A stretch of DNA of 64,000 nucleotides from positions 6,186-70,185 of the forward strand of contig JBHGNT010000134.1 in the NCBI GenBank assembly GCA_043228905.1, written 5' to 3'. The notes under the pieces are model-generated. The model was not told the DNA's origin and did not search any database. It saw only the letters and a program-made list of their open reading frames with translations. Below are positions 1-12,872 of the stretch, piece after piece. The stretch comes from Azolla caroliniana. Lineage: Eukaryota > Plantae > Polypodiophyta. The translations under genes and the position numbers were made by a program. Position 1 is the first letter of the stretch, and each line of letters starts with the position of its first letter.

Positions 1-382
1 GTGATATCGCATTTTTGTGTTCAAACATGTGAATCGAAGCTAACAACGCTAGCTATGATATGGAATTAAAAAATCAAGATTTTAAAACTCAGGTCGAGAG
101 ACATGACGAAATTACCAAATTTGAGGAATGAGTTGAGAAGAGCTAGTACGTAAATTAAAATGTTCATACCTGGCGAGTGTGATATCAGATTTTTGTGTTC
201 AAACATGCGAATCGAAGCTAACAACGCTAGCTATGATATGGAATTAAAAAATCAAGATTTTGAAACTCAGGTCGAGAGACATGACGAAATTACCAAATTT
301 AAGGTATTAGTTGAGAAGAGCTAGTAGGTAAATTAAAATGTTCATACCTGGCTCGTGTGATATCGGATGTTTGTGTTCAAAT

Positions 383-3300
383 ATGCGAATCGAAGCTAAC
401 AACGCTAGCTATGATATGGAGTTAAAAAATCAAGATTTGGAAACTCAGGTCGAGAGACATGACGAAATTACCAAATTTGAGGAGGGAGTTGAGAGGAGCC
501 CTTTAGTAAATTAAAATGTTCATACCTGGCGAGTGTGATATCGGATTTTTGTGTTCCAACTTGCGAATCGAAGCTAACAACGCAGGCTATGATATGGAAT
601 TAAACATCCTAGATTTTGAAACTCAGGTCGAGAGACATGACGAAATTACCACATTTGAGGAGGGAGTTCAGAGGAGCTCTTGAGTAAATTAAAATGTTCA
701 TACCTGGCGAGTGTGATATCGGATTTTTGTGTTCAAACATGCGAATCGAAGCTAACAACGCTAGCTATGATATGGAATTAAAAAATCAAGATTTTGAAAC
801 TCAGGTCGAGAGACATGACGAAATTACCACATTTGAGGAGGGAGTTGAGAGGAGCTCTTGAGTAAATTAAAATGTTCATACCTGGCGAGTGTGATATCGG
901 ATTTTTGTTTTCAAACTTGTGAATCGAAGCTAACAACGCAGGCTATGATATGGAATTAAAAAATCAAGATTTTGAAACTCAGGTCGAGAGACATGACGAA
1001 ATTACCACATTTGAGGAGGGAGTTCAAAGGAGCCCTTGAGTAAAGGAAAATGTTCATACCTGGCGAGTGTGATATCGGATTTTTGTGTTCAAACATGCGA
1101 ATCGAAGCTAACAACGCTAGCTATGATATGGAATTAAACATTCAAGATTTTGAAACTCAGGTCGAGAGACATGACGAAATTACGACATTTGAGGAGGGAG
1201 TTCAGAGGAGGTCTTGAGTAAATTAAAATGTTCATACCTGGCGAGTGTGATATCGGATTTTTGTGTTCAAACATGGAATCGAAGCTAACAACGCTAGCTA
1301 TGATATGGAATTAAAAAATCAAGATTTTGAAACTCAGGTCGAGAGACATGACGAAATTACCACATTTGAGGAGGGAGTTCAGAGGAGCTCTTGAGTAAAT
1401 TAAAATGTTCATACCTGGCGAGTGTGATATCGGATTTTTGTGTTCAAACCTGCGAATCGAAGCTAACAACGTTAGCTATGATAAGGAATTAAACATTCAA
1501 GATTTTGAAACTCAAGTCGAGAGACATGACGAAATTACCAAATTTTAGGAGGGAGTTCAGAGGAGCTCTTGAGTAAATTAAAATGTTCATACCTAGCGAG
1601 TGTGATATCGGATTTTTGTGTTCAAACTTGCGAATCGAAGCTAACAACGCTAGCTATGATATGGAATTAAAAAATCAAGATTTTGAAACTAAGGTCGAGA
1701 GACATGACCAAATTACAAAATTTAAGGAATGAGTTGAGAAGAGCTAGTAGGTAAATTAAAATGTTCATACCTGGCTCGTGTGATATCGGATTTTTGTGTT
1801 CAAACATGCGAATCGAAGCTAACAACACTAGCTATGATATGGAATTAAAAAATCAAGATTTTGAAACTCAGGTCGAGAGCCATGACGAAATTACCACATT
1901 TGAGGAGGGAGTTGAGAGGAGCACTTGAGTAAATTAAAATGTTCATACCTAGCGAGTGTGATATTGGATTTTTGTTTTCAAACCTCCGAATCGAAGCTAA
2001 CAACGCAGGCTATGATATGGAATTAGAAAATCAAGATTTTGAAACTCAGATCGAGAGCCATGACGAAATTACCACATTTGAGGAGGGAGTTCAAAGGAGC
2101 CCTTGAGTAAATTAAAATGTTCATACCTGGCTCGTGTGATATCGGATTTTTGTGTTCAAACATGCGAATCGAAGCTAACAACGCTAGCTATGATATGGAA
2201 TTAAAAAATCAAGATTTTGAAACTCAGGTCAAGAGACATGACGAAATTACCAAATTTCAGGAGGGAGTTGAGAGGAGCACTTGAGTAAATTAAAATGTTC
2301 ATACCTAGCGAGTGTGATATTGGATTTTTGTTTTCAAACCTCCGAATCGAAGCTAACAACGCAGGCTATGATATGGAATTAGAAAATCAAGATTTTGAAA
2401 CTCAGGTCGAGAGACATGACGAAATTACCACATTTGAGGAGGGAGTTCAGAGGAGCTCTTGAGTAAATTAAAATGTTCATACCTGGCGAGTGTGATATCG
2501 GATTTTTGTGTTCAAACTTGCGAATCGAAGCTAATAACGCTAGCTATGATATGGAATTAAAAAATCAAGATTTTGAAACTCAGGTCGAGAGACATGACGA
2601 AATTACCACATTTGAGGAGGGAGTTGAGAGGAGCTCTTGAGTAAATTAAAATGTTCATACCTGGCGAGTGTGATATCGGATTTTTGTTTTCAAACTTGTG
2701 AATCGAAGCTAACAACGCAGGCTATGATATGGAATTAAAAAATCAAGATTTTGAAACTCAGGTCGAGAGACATGACGAAATTACCACATTTGAGGAGGGA
2801 GTTCAAAGGAGCCCTTGAGTAAAGGAAAATGTTCATACCTGGCGAGTGTGATATCGGATTTTTGTGTTCAAACATGCGAATCGAAGCTAACAACGCTAGC
2901 TATGATATGGAATTAAACATTGAAGATTTTGAAACTCAGGTCGAGAGACATGACGAAATTACCACATTTGAGGAGGGAGTTCAGAGGAGGTCTTGAGTAA
3001 ATTAAAATGTTCATACCTGGCGAGTGTGATATCGGATTTTTGTGTTCAAACATGGAATCGAAGCTAACAACGCTAGCTATGATATGGAATGAAAAAATCA
3101 AGATTTTGAAACTCAGGTCGAGAGACATGACGAAATTACCACATTTGAGGAGGGAGTTCAGAGGAGCTCTTGAGTAAATTAAAATGTTCATACCTGGCGA
3201 GTGTGATATCGGATTTTTGTATTCAAACCTGCGAATCGAAGCTAACAACGTTAGCTATGATAAGGAATTAAACATTCAAGATTTTGAAACTCAAGTCGAG

Positions 3301-6078
3301 AGACATGACGAAATTACCAAATTTTAGGAGGGAGTTCAGAGGAGCTCTTGAGTAAATTAAAATGTTCATACCTAGCGAGTGTGATATCGGATTTTTGTGT
3401 TCAAACTTGCGAATCGAAGCTAACAACGCTAGCTATGATATGGAATTAAAAAATCAAGATTTTGAAACTAAGGTCGAGAGACATGACCAAATTACAAAAT
3501 TTAAGGAATGAGTTGAGAAGAGCTAGTAGGTAAATTAAAATGTTCATACCTAGCTCGTGTGATATCGGATTTTTGTGTTCAAACATGCGAATCGAAGCTA
3601 ACAACGCTAGCTATGATATGGAGTTAAAAAATCAAGATTTGGAAACTCAGGTCGAGAGACATGACGAAATTACCAAATTTGAGGAGGGAGTTGAGAGGAG
3701 CCCTTTAGTAAATTAAAATGTTCATACCTGGCGAGTGTGATATCGGATTTTTGTGTTCCAACTTGCGAATCGAAGCTAACAACGCAGGCTATGATATGGA
3801 ATTAAACATCCTAGATTTTGAAACTCAGGTCGAGAGACATGACGAAATTACCACATTTGAGGAGGGAGTTCAGAGGAGCTCTTGAGTAAATTAAAATGTT
3901 CATACCTGGCGAGTGTGATATCGGATTTTTGTGTTCAAACATGCGAATCGAAGCTAACAACGCTAGCTATGATATGGAATTAAAAATCAAGATTTTGAAA
4001 CTCAGGTCGAGAGACATGACGAAATTACCACATTTGAGGAGGGAGTTGAGAGGAGCTCTTGAGTAAATTAAAATGTTCATACCTGGCGAGTGTGATATCG
4101 GATTTTTGTTTTCAAACTTGTGAATCGAAGCTAACAACGCAGGCTATGATATGGAATTAAAAAATCAAGATTTTGAAACTCAGGTCGAGAGACATGACGA
4201 AATTACCACATTTGAGGAGGGAGTTCAAAGGAGCCCTTGAGTAAAGGAAAATGTTCATACCTGGCGAGTGTGATATCGGATTTTTGTGTTTAAACTTGCG
4301 AATCGAAGCTAACAACGCTAGCTATGATATGGAATTAAAAAATCAAGATTTTGAAACTCAGGTCGAGAGACATGACGAAATTACCACATTTGAGGAGGGA
4401 GTTCAGAGGAGCTCTTGAGTAAATTAAAATGTTCATACCTGGCGAGTGTGATATCGGATTTTTGTGTTCAAACCTGCGAATCGAAGCTAACAACGTTAGC
4501 TATGATAAGAAATTAAACATTCAAGATTTTGAAACTCAAGTCGAGAGACATGACGAAATTACCAAATTATAGGAGGGAGTTCAGAGGAGCTCTTGAGTAA
4601 ACTAAAATGTTCATACCTAGCGAGTGTGATATCGGATTTTTGTGTTCAAACTTGCGAATCGAAGCTAACAACGCTAGCTATGATATGGAATTAAAAAATC
4701 AAGATTTTGAAACTAAGGTCGAGAGACATGACCAAATTACCAAATTTAAGGAATGAGTTGAGAAGAGCTAGTAGGTAAATTAAAATGTTCATACCTGGCT
4801 CGTGTGATATCGGATTTTTGTGTTCAAACATGCGAATCGAAGCTAACAACGCTAGCTATGATATGGAGTTAAAAAATCAAGATTTGGAAACTCAGGTCGA
4901 GAGACATGACGAAATTACCAAATTTGAGGAGGGAGTTGAGAGGAGCCCTTTAGTAAATTAAAATGTTCATACCTGGCGAGTGTGATATCGGATTTTTGTG
5001 TTCCAACTTGCGAATCGAAGCTAACAACGCAGGCTATGATATGGAATTAAACATCCTAGATTTTGAAACTCAGGTCGAGAGACATGACGAAATTACCACA
5101 TTTGAGGAGGGAGTTCAGAGGAGCTCTTGAGTAAATTAAAATGTTCATACCTGGCGAGTGTGATATCGGATTTTTGTGTTCAAACTTGCGAATCGAAGCT
5201 AACAACGCTAGCTATGATATGGAATTAAAAAATCAAGATTTTGAAACTAAGGTCGAGAGACATGACCAAATTACCAAATTTAAGGAATGAGTTGAGAAGA
5301 GCTAGTAGGTAAATTAAAATGTTCATACCTGGCTCGTGTGATATCGGATTTTTGTGTTCAAACATGCGAATCGAAGCTAACAACGCTAGCTATGATATGG
5401 AGTTAAAAAATCAAGATTTGGAAACTCAGGTCGAGAGACATGACGAAATTACCAAATTTGAGGAGGGAGTTGAGAGGAGCCCTTTAGTAAATTAAAATGT
5501 TCATACCTGGCGAGTGTGATATCGGATTTTTGTGTTCAAACATGCGAATCGAAGCTAACAACGCTAGCTATGATATGGAATTAAAAAATCAAGATTTTGA
5601 AACTCAGGTCGAGAGACATGACGAAATTACCACATTTGAGGAGGGAGTTAAGAGGAGCTCTTGAGTAAATTAAAATGTTCATACCTGGCGAGTGTGATAT
5701 CGGATTTTTGTGTTCAAACTTGCGAATCGAAGCTAACAACGCTAGCTATGATATGGAATTAAAAAATCAAGATTTTGAAACTAAGGTCGAGAGACATGGC
5801 GAAATTACCAAATTTAAGGAATGAGTTGAGAAGAGCTAGTAGGTAAATTAAAATGTTCATACCTGGCTCGTGTGATATCGGATTTTTGTGTTCAAACATG
5901 CGAATCGAAGCTAACAACGCTAGCTATGATATGGAGTTAAAAAATCAAGATTTGGAAACTCAGGTCGAGAGACATGACGAAATTACCAAATTTGAGGAGG
6001 GAGTTGAGAGGAGCCCTTTAGTAAATTAAAATGTTCATACCTGGCGAGTGTGATATCGGATTTTTGTGTTCAAACATG
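383..6078 (+). repeat. About 5.7-kb block duplicated at 15331-21026 (offset 14948 = 84 monomers)
   Basis: 421 matches 15369, ORF marker 2913 matches 17861, and the order of variant monomers is the same. There are a few differences, e.g. 4291, about 5156 and 5650. Confidence 0.85.
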
Positions 6079-9000
6079 TGAATCGAAGCTAACAACGCTA
6101 GCTATGATATGGAATTAAAAAATCAAGATTTTGAAACTCAGGTCGAGAGACATGACGAAATTACCACATTTGAGGAGTGAGGTTGGAAGAGCTAGTAGGT
6201 AAATTAAAATGTTCATACCTGGCTCGTGTGGTATCGGATGTTTGTGCTCAAACATGCGAATCGAAGCTAACAACGCTAGCTATGATATGGAATTAAAAAA
6301 TCAAGATTTTAAAACTCAGGTCGAGAGACATGACGAAATTACCACATTTGAGGAGGGAGTTCAGAGGAGCTCTTGAGTAAATTAAAATGTTCATACCTGG
6401 CGAGTGTGATATCGGATTTTTGTGTTCAAACATGTGAATCGAAGGTAACAACGCTAGCTATGATATGGAATTAAACATTCAAGATTTTGAAACTCAGGTC
6501 GAGAGACATGACGAAATTACCACATTTGAGGAGGGAGTTCAGAGGAGCTCTTGAGTAAATTAAAATGTTCATACCTAGCGAGTGTGATATCGGATTTTTG
6601 TGTTCAAACTTGCGAATCGAAGCTAACAACGCTAGCTATGATATGGAATTAAAAAATCAAGATTTTGAAACTAAGGTCGAGAGACATGACCAAATTACAA
6701 AATTTAAGGAATGAGTTGAGAAGAGCTAGTAGGTAAATTAAAATGTTCATACCTGGCTCGTGTGATATCGGATTTTTGTGTTCAAACATGCGAATCGAAG
6801 CTAACAACACTAGCTATGATATGGAATTAAAAAATCAAGATTTTGAAACTCAGGTCGAGAGCCATGACGAAATTACCACATTTGAGGAGGGAGTTGAGAG
6901 GAGCACTTGAGTAAATTAAAATGTTCATACCTAGCGAGTGTGATATTGGATTTTTGTTTTCAAACCTCCGAATCGAAGCTAACAACGCAGGCTATGATAT
7001 GGAATTAGAAAATCAAGATTTTGAAACTCAGATCGAGAGCCATGACGAAATTACCACATTTGAGGAGGGAGTTCAAAGGAGCCCTTGAGTAAATTAAAAT
7101 GTTCATACCTGGCTCGTGTGATATCGGATTTTTGTGTTCAAACATGCGAATCGAAGCTAACAACGCTAGCTATGATATGGAATTAAAAAATCAAGATTTT
7201 GAAACTCAGGTCAAGAGACATGACGAAATTACCAAATTTCAGGAGGGAGTTGAGAGGAGCACTTGAGTAAATTAAAATGTTCATACCTAGCGAGTGTGAT
7301 ATTGGATTTTTGTTTTCAAACCTCCGAATCGAAGCTAACAACGCAGGCTATGATATGGAATTAGAAAATCAAGATTTTGAAACTCAGGTCGAGAGACATG
7401 ACGAAATTACCACATTTGAGGAGGGAGTTCAGAGGAGCTCTTGAGTAAATTAAAATGTTCATACCTGGCGAGTGTGATATCGGATTTTTGTGTTCAAACT
7501 TGCGAATCGAAGCTAATAACGCTAGCTATGATATGGAATTAAAAAATCAAGATTTTGAAACTCAGGTCGAGAGACATGACGAAATTACCACATTTGAGGA
7601 GGGAGTTGAGAGGAGCTCTTGAGTAAATTAAAATGTTCATACCTGGCGAGTGTGATATCGGATTTTTGTTTTCAAACTTGTGAATCGAAGCTAACAACGC
7701 AGGCTATGATATGGAATTAAAAAATGAAGATTTTGAAACTCAGGTCGAGAGACATGACGAAATTACCAAATTTGAGGAGGGAGTTGAGAGGAGCCCTTGA
7801 GTAAATTAAAATGTTCATACCTGGCGAGTGTGATATCGGATTTTTGTGTTCAAACTTGCGAATCGAAGCTAACAACGCTAGCTATCATCTGGAATTAAAA
7901 AATCAAGATTTTGAAACTCAGGTCGAGAGACATGACGAAATTACCAAATTTGAGGAGGGAGTTTAGAGGAGCTAGTAGGTAAATTAAAATGTTCATACCT
8001 GGCTCGTGTGATATCGGATTTTTGTTTTCAAACTTGCGAATCGAAGCTAACAACGCAGGCTATGATATGGAATTAAAAAATCAAGATTTTGAAACTCAGG
8101 TCGAGAGACATGACGAAATTACCACATTTGAGGAGGGAGTTCAAAGGATCCCTTGAGTAAAGGAAAATGTTCATACCTGGCGAGTGTGATATCGGATTTT
8201 TGTGTTCAAACTTGCGAATCGAAGCTAACAACGCTAGCTATGATATGGAATTAAAAAATCAAGATTTTAAAACTCAGGTCGAGAGACATGACGAAATTAC
8301 CACATTTGAGGAGGGAGTTCAGAGGAGCTCTTGAGTAAATTAAAATGTTCATACCTGGCGAGTGTGATATCGGATTTTTGTGTTCAAACATGTGAATCGA
8401 AGGTAACAACGCTAGCTATGATATGGAATTAAACATTCAAGATTTTGAAACTCAGGTCGAGAGACATGACGAAATTACCACATTTGAGGAGGGAGTTCAG
8501 AGGAGCTCTTGAGTAAATTAAAATGTTCATACCTGGCGAGTGTGATATCGGATTTTTGTGTTCAAACATGCGAATCGAAGCTAACAACGTTAGCTATGAT
8601 ATGGAATTAAACATTCAAGATTTTGAAACTCAAGTCGAGAGACATGACGAAATTACCAAATTTTAGGAGGGAGTTCAGAGGAGCTCTTGAGTAAATTAAA
8701 ATGTTCATACCTAGCGAGTGTGATATCGGATTTTTGTGTTCAAACTTGCGAATCGAAGCTAACAACGCTAGCTATGATATGGAATTAAAAAATCAAGATT
8801 TTGAAACTAAGGTCGAGAGACATGACCAAATTACCAAATTTAAGGAATGAGTTGAGAAGAGCTAGTAGGTAAATTAAAATGTTCATACCTGGCTCGTGTG
8901 ATATCGGATTTTTGTGTTCAAACATGCGAATCGAAGCTAACAACGCTAGCTATGATATGGAGTTAAAAAATCAAGATTTGGAAACTCAGGTCGAGAGACA

Positions 9001-12000
9001 TGACGAAATTACCAAATTTGAGGAGGGAGTTGAGAGGAGCCCTTTAGTAAATTAAAATGTTCATACCTGGCGAGTGTGATATCGGATTTTTGTGTTCCAA
9101 CTTGCGAATCGAAGCTAACAACGCAGGCTATGATATGGAATTAAACATCCTAGATTTTGAAACTCAGGTCGAGAGACATGACGAAATTACCACATTTGAG
9201 GAGGGAGTTCAGAGGAGCTCTTGAGTAAATTAAAATGTTCATACCTGGCGAGTGTGATATCGGATTTTTGTGTTCAAACATGCGAATCGAAGCTAACAAC
9301 GCTAGCTATGATATGGAATTAAAAAATCAAGATTTTGAAACTCAGGTCGAGAGACATGACGAAATTACCACATTTGAGGAGGGAGTTGAGAGGAGCTCTT
9401 GAGTAAATTAAAATGTTCATACCTGGCGAGTGTGATATCGGATTTTTGTTTTCAAACTTGTGAATCGAAGCTAACAACGCAGGCTATGATATGGAATTAA
9501 AAAATCAAGATTTTGAAACTCAGGTCGAGAGACATGACGAAATTACCACATTTGAGGAGGGAGTTCAAAGGAGCCCTTGAGTAAAGGAAAATGTTCATAC
9601 CTGGCGAGTGTGATATCGGATTTTTGTGTTCAAACATGCGAATCGAAGCTAACAACGCTAGCTATGATATGGAATTAAACATTCAAGATTTTGAAACTCA
9701 GGTCGAGAGACATGACGAAATTACGACATTTGAGGAGGGAGTTCAGAGGAGGTCTTGAGTAAATTAAAATGTTCATACCTGGCGAGTGTGATATCGGATT
9801 TTTGTGTTCAAACATGGAATCGAAGCTAACAACGCTAGCTATGATATGGAATTAAAAAATCAAGATTTTGAAACTCAGGTCGAGAGACATGACGAAATTA
9901 CCACATTTGAGGAGGGAGTTCAGAGGAGCTCTTGAGTAAATTAAAATGTTCATACCTGGCTCGTGTGATATCGGATTTTTGTGTTCAAACCTGCGAATCG
10001 AAGCTAACAACGCTAGCTATGATATGGAATTAAAAAATCAAGATTTTGAAACTCAGGTCAAGAGACATGACGAAATTACCAAATTTCAGGAGGGAGTTGA
10101 GAGGAGCACTTGAGTAAATTAAAATGTTCATACCTAGCGAGTGTGATATTGGATTTTTGTTTTCAAACCTCCGAATCGAAGCTAACAACGCAGGCTATGA
10201 TATGGAATTAGAAAATCAAGATTTTGAAACTCAGGTCGAGAGACATGACGAAATTACCACATTTGAGGAGGGAGTTCAGAGGAGCTCTTGAGTAAATTAA
10301 AATGTTCATACCTGGCGAGTGTGATATCGGATTTTTGTGTTCAAACTTGCGAATCGAAGCTAATAACGCTAGCTATGATATGGAATTAAAAAATCAAGAT
10401 TTTGAAACTCAGGTCGAGAGACATGACGAAATTACCACATTTGAGGAGGGAGTTGAGAGGAGCTCTTGAGTAAATTAAAATGTTCATACCTGGCGAGTGT
10501 GATATCGGATTTTTGTGTTCAAACTTGCGAATCGAAGCTAACAACGCTAGCTATGATATGGAATTAAAAAATCAAGATTTTGAAACTAAGGTCGAGAGAC
10601 ATGACCAAATTACCAAATTTAAGGAATGAGTTGAGAAGAGCTAGTAGGTAAATTAAAATGTTCATACCTGGCTCGTGTGATATCGGATTTTTGTGTTCAA
10701 ACATGCGAATCGAAGCTAACAACGCTAGCTATGATATGGAGTTAAAAAATCAAGATTTGGAAACTCAGGTCGAGAGACATGACGAAATTACCAAATTTGA
10801 GGAGGGAGTTGAGAGGAGCTCTTGAGTAAATTAAAATGTTCATACCTAGCGAGTGTGATATCGGATTTTTGTGTTCAAACTTGCGAATCGAAGCTAACAA
10901 CGCTAGCTATGATATGGAATTAAAAAATCAAGATTTTGAAACTCAGGTCGAGAGACATGACGAAATTACCAAATTTAAGGTATTAGTTGAGAAGAGCTAG
11001 TACGTAAATTAAAATGTTCATACCTGGCTCGTGTGATATCGCATTTTTGTGTTCAAACATGTGAATCGAAGCTAACAACGCTAGCTATGATATGGAATTA
11101 AAAAATCAAGATTTTAAAACTCAGGTCGAGAGACATGACGAAATTACCAAATTTGAGGAATGAGTTGAGAAGAGCTAGTACGTAAATTAAAATGTTCATA
11201 CCTGGCGAGTGTGATATCAGATTTTTGTGTTCAAACATGCGAATCGAAGCTAACAACGCTAGCTATGATATGGAATTAAAAAATCAAGATTTTGAAACTC
11301 AGGTCGAGAGACATGACGAAATTACCAAATTTAAGGTATTAGTTGAGAAGAGCTAGTAGGTAAATTAAAATGTTCATACCTGGCTCGTGTGATATCGGAT
11401 GTTTGTGTTCAAATATGCGAATCGAAGCTAACAACGCTTGCTATGATATGGAGTTAAAAAATCAAGATTTTGAATCTCAGGTCGAGAGACATGACGAAAT
11501 TACCAAATTTGAGGACTAAGTTAAGAAGAGCTAGTAGGTAAATTAAAATGTTCATACCTGGCTCGTGTGATATCGGATTTTTGTGTTCAAACATGTGAAT
11601 CGAAGCTAACAACGCTAGCTATGATATGGAATTAAAAAATGAAGATTTTGAAACTCAGGTCGAGAGACATGACGAAATTACCAAATTTGAGGAGGGAGTT
11701 GAGAGGAGCCCTTGAGTAAATTAAAATGTTCATACCTGGCGAGTGTGATATCGGATTTTTGTGTTCAAACTTGCGAATCGAAGCTAACAACGCTAGCTAT
11801 CATCTGGAATTAAAAAATCAAGATTTTGAAACTCAGGTCGAGAGACATGACGAAATTACCACATTTGAGGAGGGAGTTCAGAGGAGCTCTTGAGTAAATT
11901 AAAATGTTCATACCTGGCGAGTGTGATATCGGATTTTTGTGTTCAAACTTGCGAATCGAAGCTAATAACGCTAGCTATGATATGGAATTAAAAAATCAAG

Positions 12001-12872
12001 ATTTTGAAACTCAGGTCGAGAGACATGACGAAATTACCACATTTGAGGAGGGAGTTGAGAGGAGCTCTTGAGTAAATTAAAATGTTCATACCTGGCGAGT
12101 GTGATATCGGATTTTTGTTTTCAAACTTGTGAATCGAAGCTAACAACGCAGGCTATGATATGGAATCAAAAAATCAAGATTTTGAAACTCAGGTCGAGAG
12201 ACATGACGAAATTACCACATTTGAGGAGGGAGTTCAAAGGATCCCTTGAGTAAAGGAAAATGTTCATACCTGGCGAGTGTGATATCGGATTTTTGTGTTC
12301 AAACTTGCGAATCGAAGCTAACAACGCTAGCTATGATATGGAATTAAAAAATCAAGATTTTAAAACTCAGGTCGAGAGACATGACGAAATTACCACATTT
12401 GAGGAGGGAGTTCAGAGGAGCTCTTGAGTAAATTAAAATGTTCATACCTGGCGAGTGTGATATCGGATTTTTGTGTTCAAACATGTGAATCGAAGGTAAC
12501 AACGCTAGCTATGATATGGAATGAAACATTCAAGATTTTGAAACTCAGGTCGAGAGACATGACGAAATTACCACATTTGAGGAGGGAGTTCAGAGGAGCT
12601 CTTGAGTAAATTAAAATGTTCATACCTGGCTCGTGTGATATCGGATTTTTGTATTCAAACATGCGAATCGAAGCTAACAACGCTAGCTATGATATGGAAT
12701 TAAAAAATCAAGATTTTGAAACTCAGGTCGAGAGACATGACGAAATTACCAAATTTGAGGAGGGAGTTGAGAGGAGCCCTTGAGTAAATTAAAATGTTCA
12801 TACCTGGCGAGTGTGATATCGGATTTTTGTGTTCAAACTTGCGAATCGAAGCTAACAACGCTAGCTATCATC

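Noticed and set aside
163-174. tacctggc resembling the U1 snRNA 5' end, or a CAG|GTATGA splice donor on the minus strand
   Set aside because: An 8-9-nt match is expected by chance, and there is no further U1 similarity or exon context.
1-178. Identity with Arabidopsis CEN178 or primate alpha satellite; CENP-B box
   Set aside because: Only the length is similar. The sequence does not resemble those consensuses as I recall them, and I found no TTCGNNNNANNCGGG motif on either strand.
171-206. Pol III A-box/B-box-like pair (tggcgagtg/tggctcgtg ... gttcaaac) suggesting tRNA or SINE origin
   Set aside because: Both boxes are imperfect, their starts are only about 26 bp apart (shorter than in tRNA), and no cloverleaf is evident. 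tRNAscan-SE or Infernal/Rfam would settle it.
655-680. G-rich tract gaggagggagttcagaggag as a G-quadruplex
   Set aside because: There is only one GGG run per monomer, so it does not fit a canonical G4 motif.
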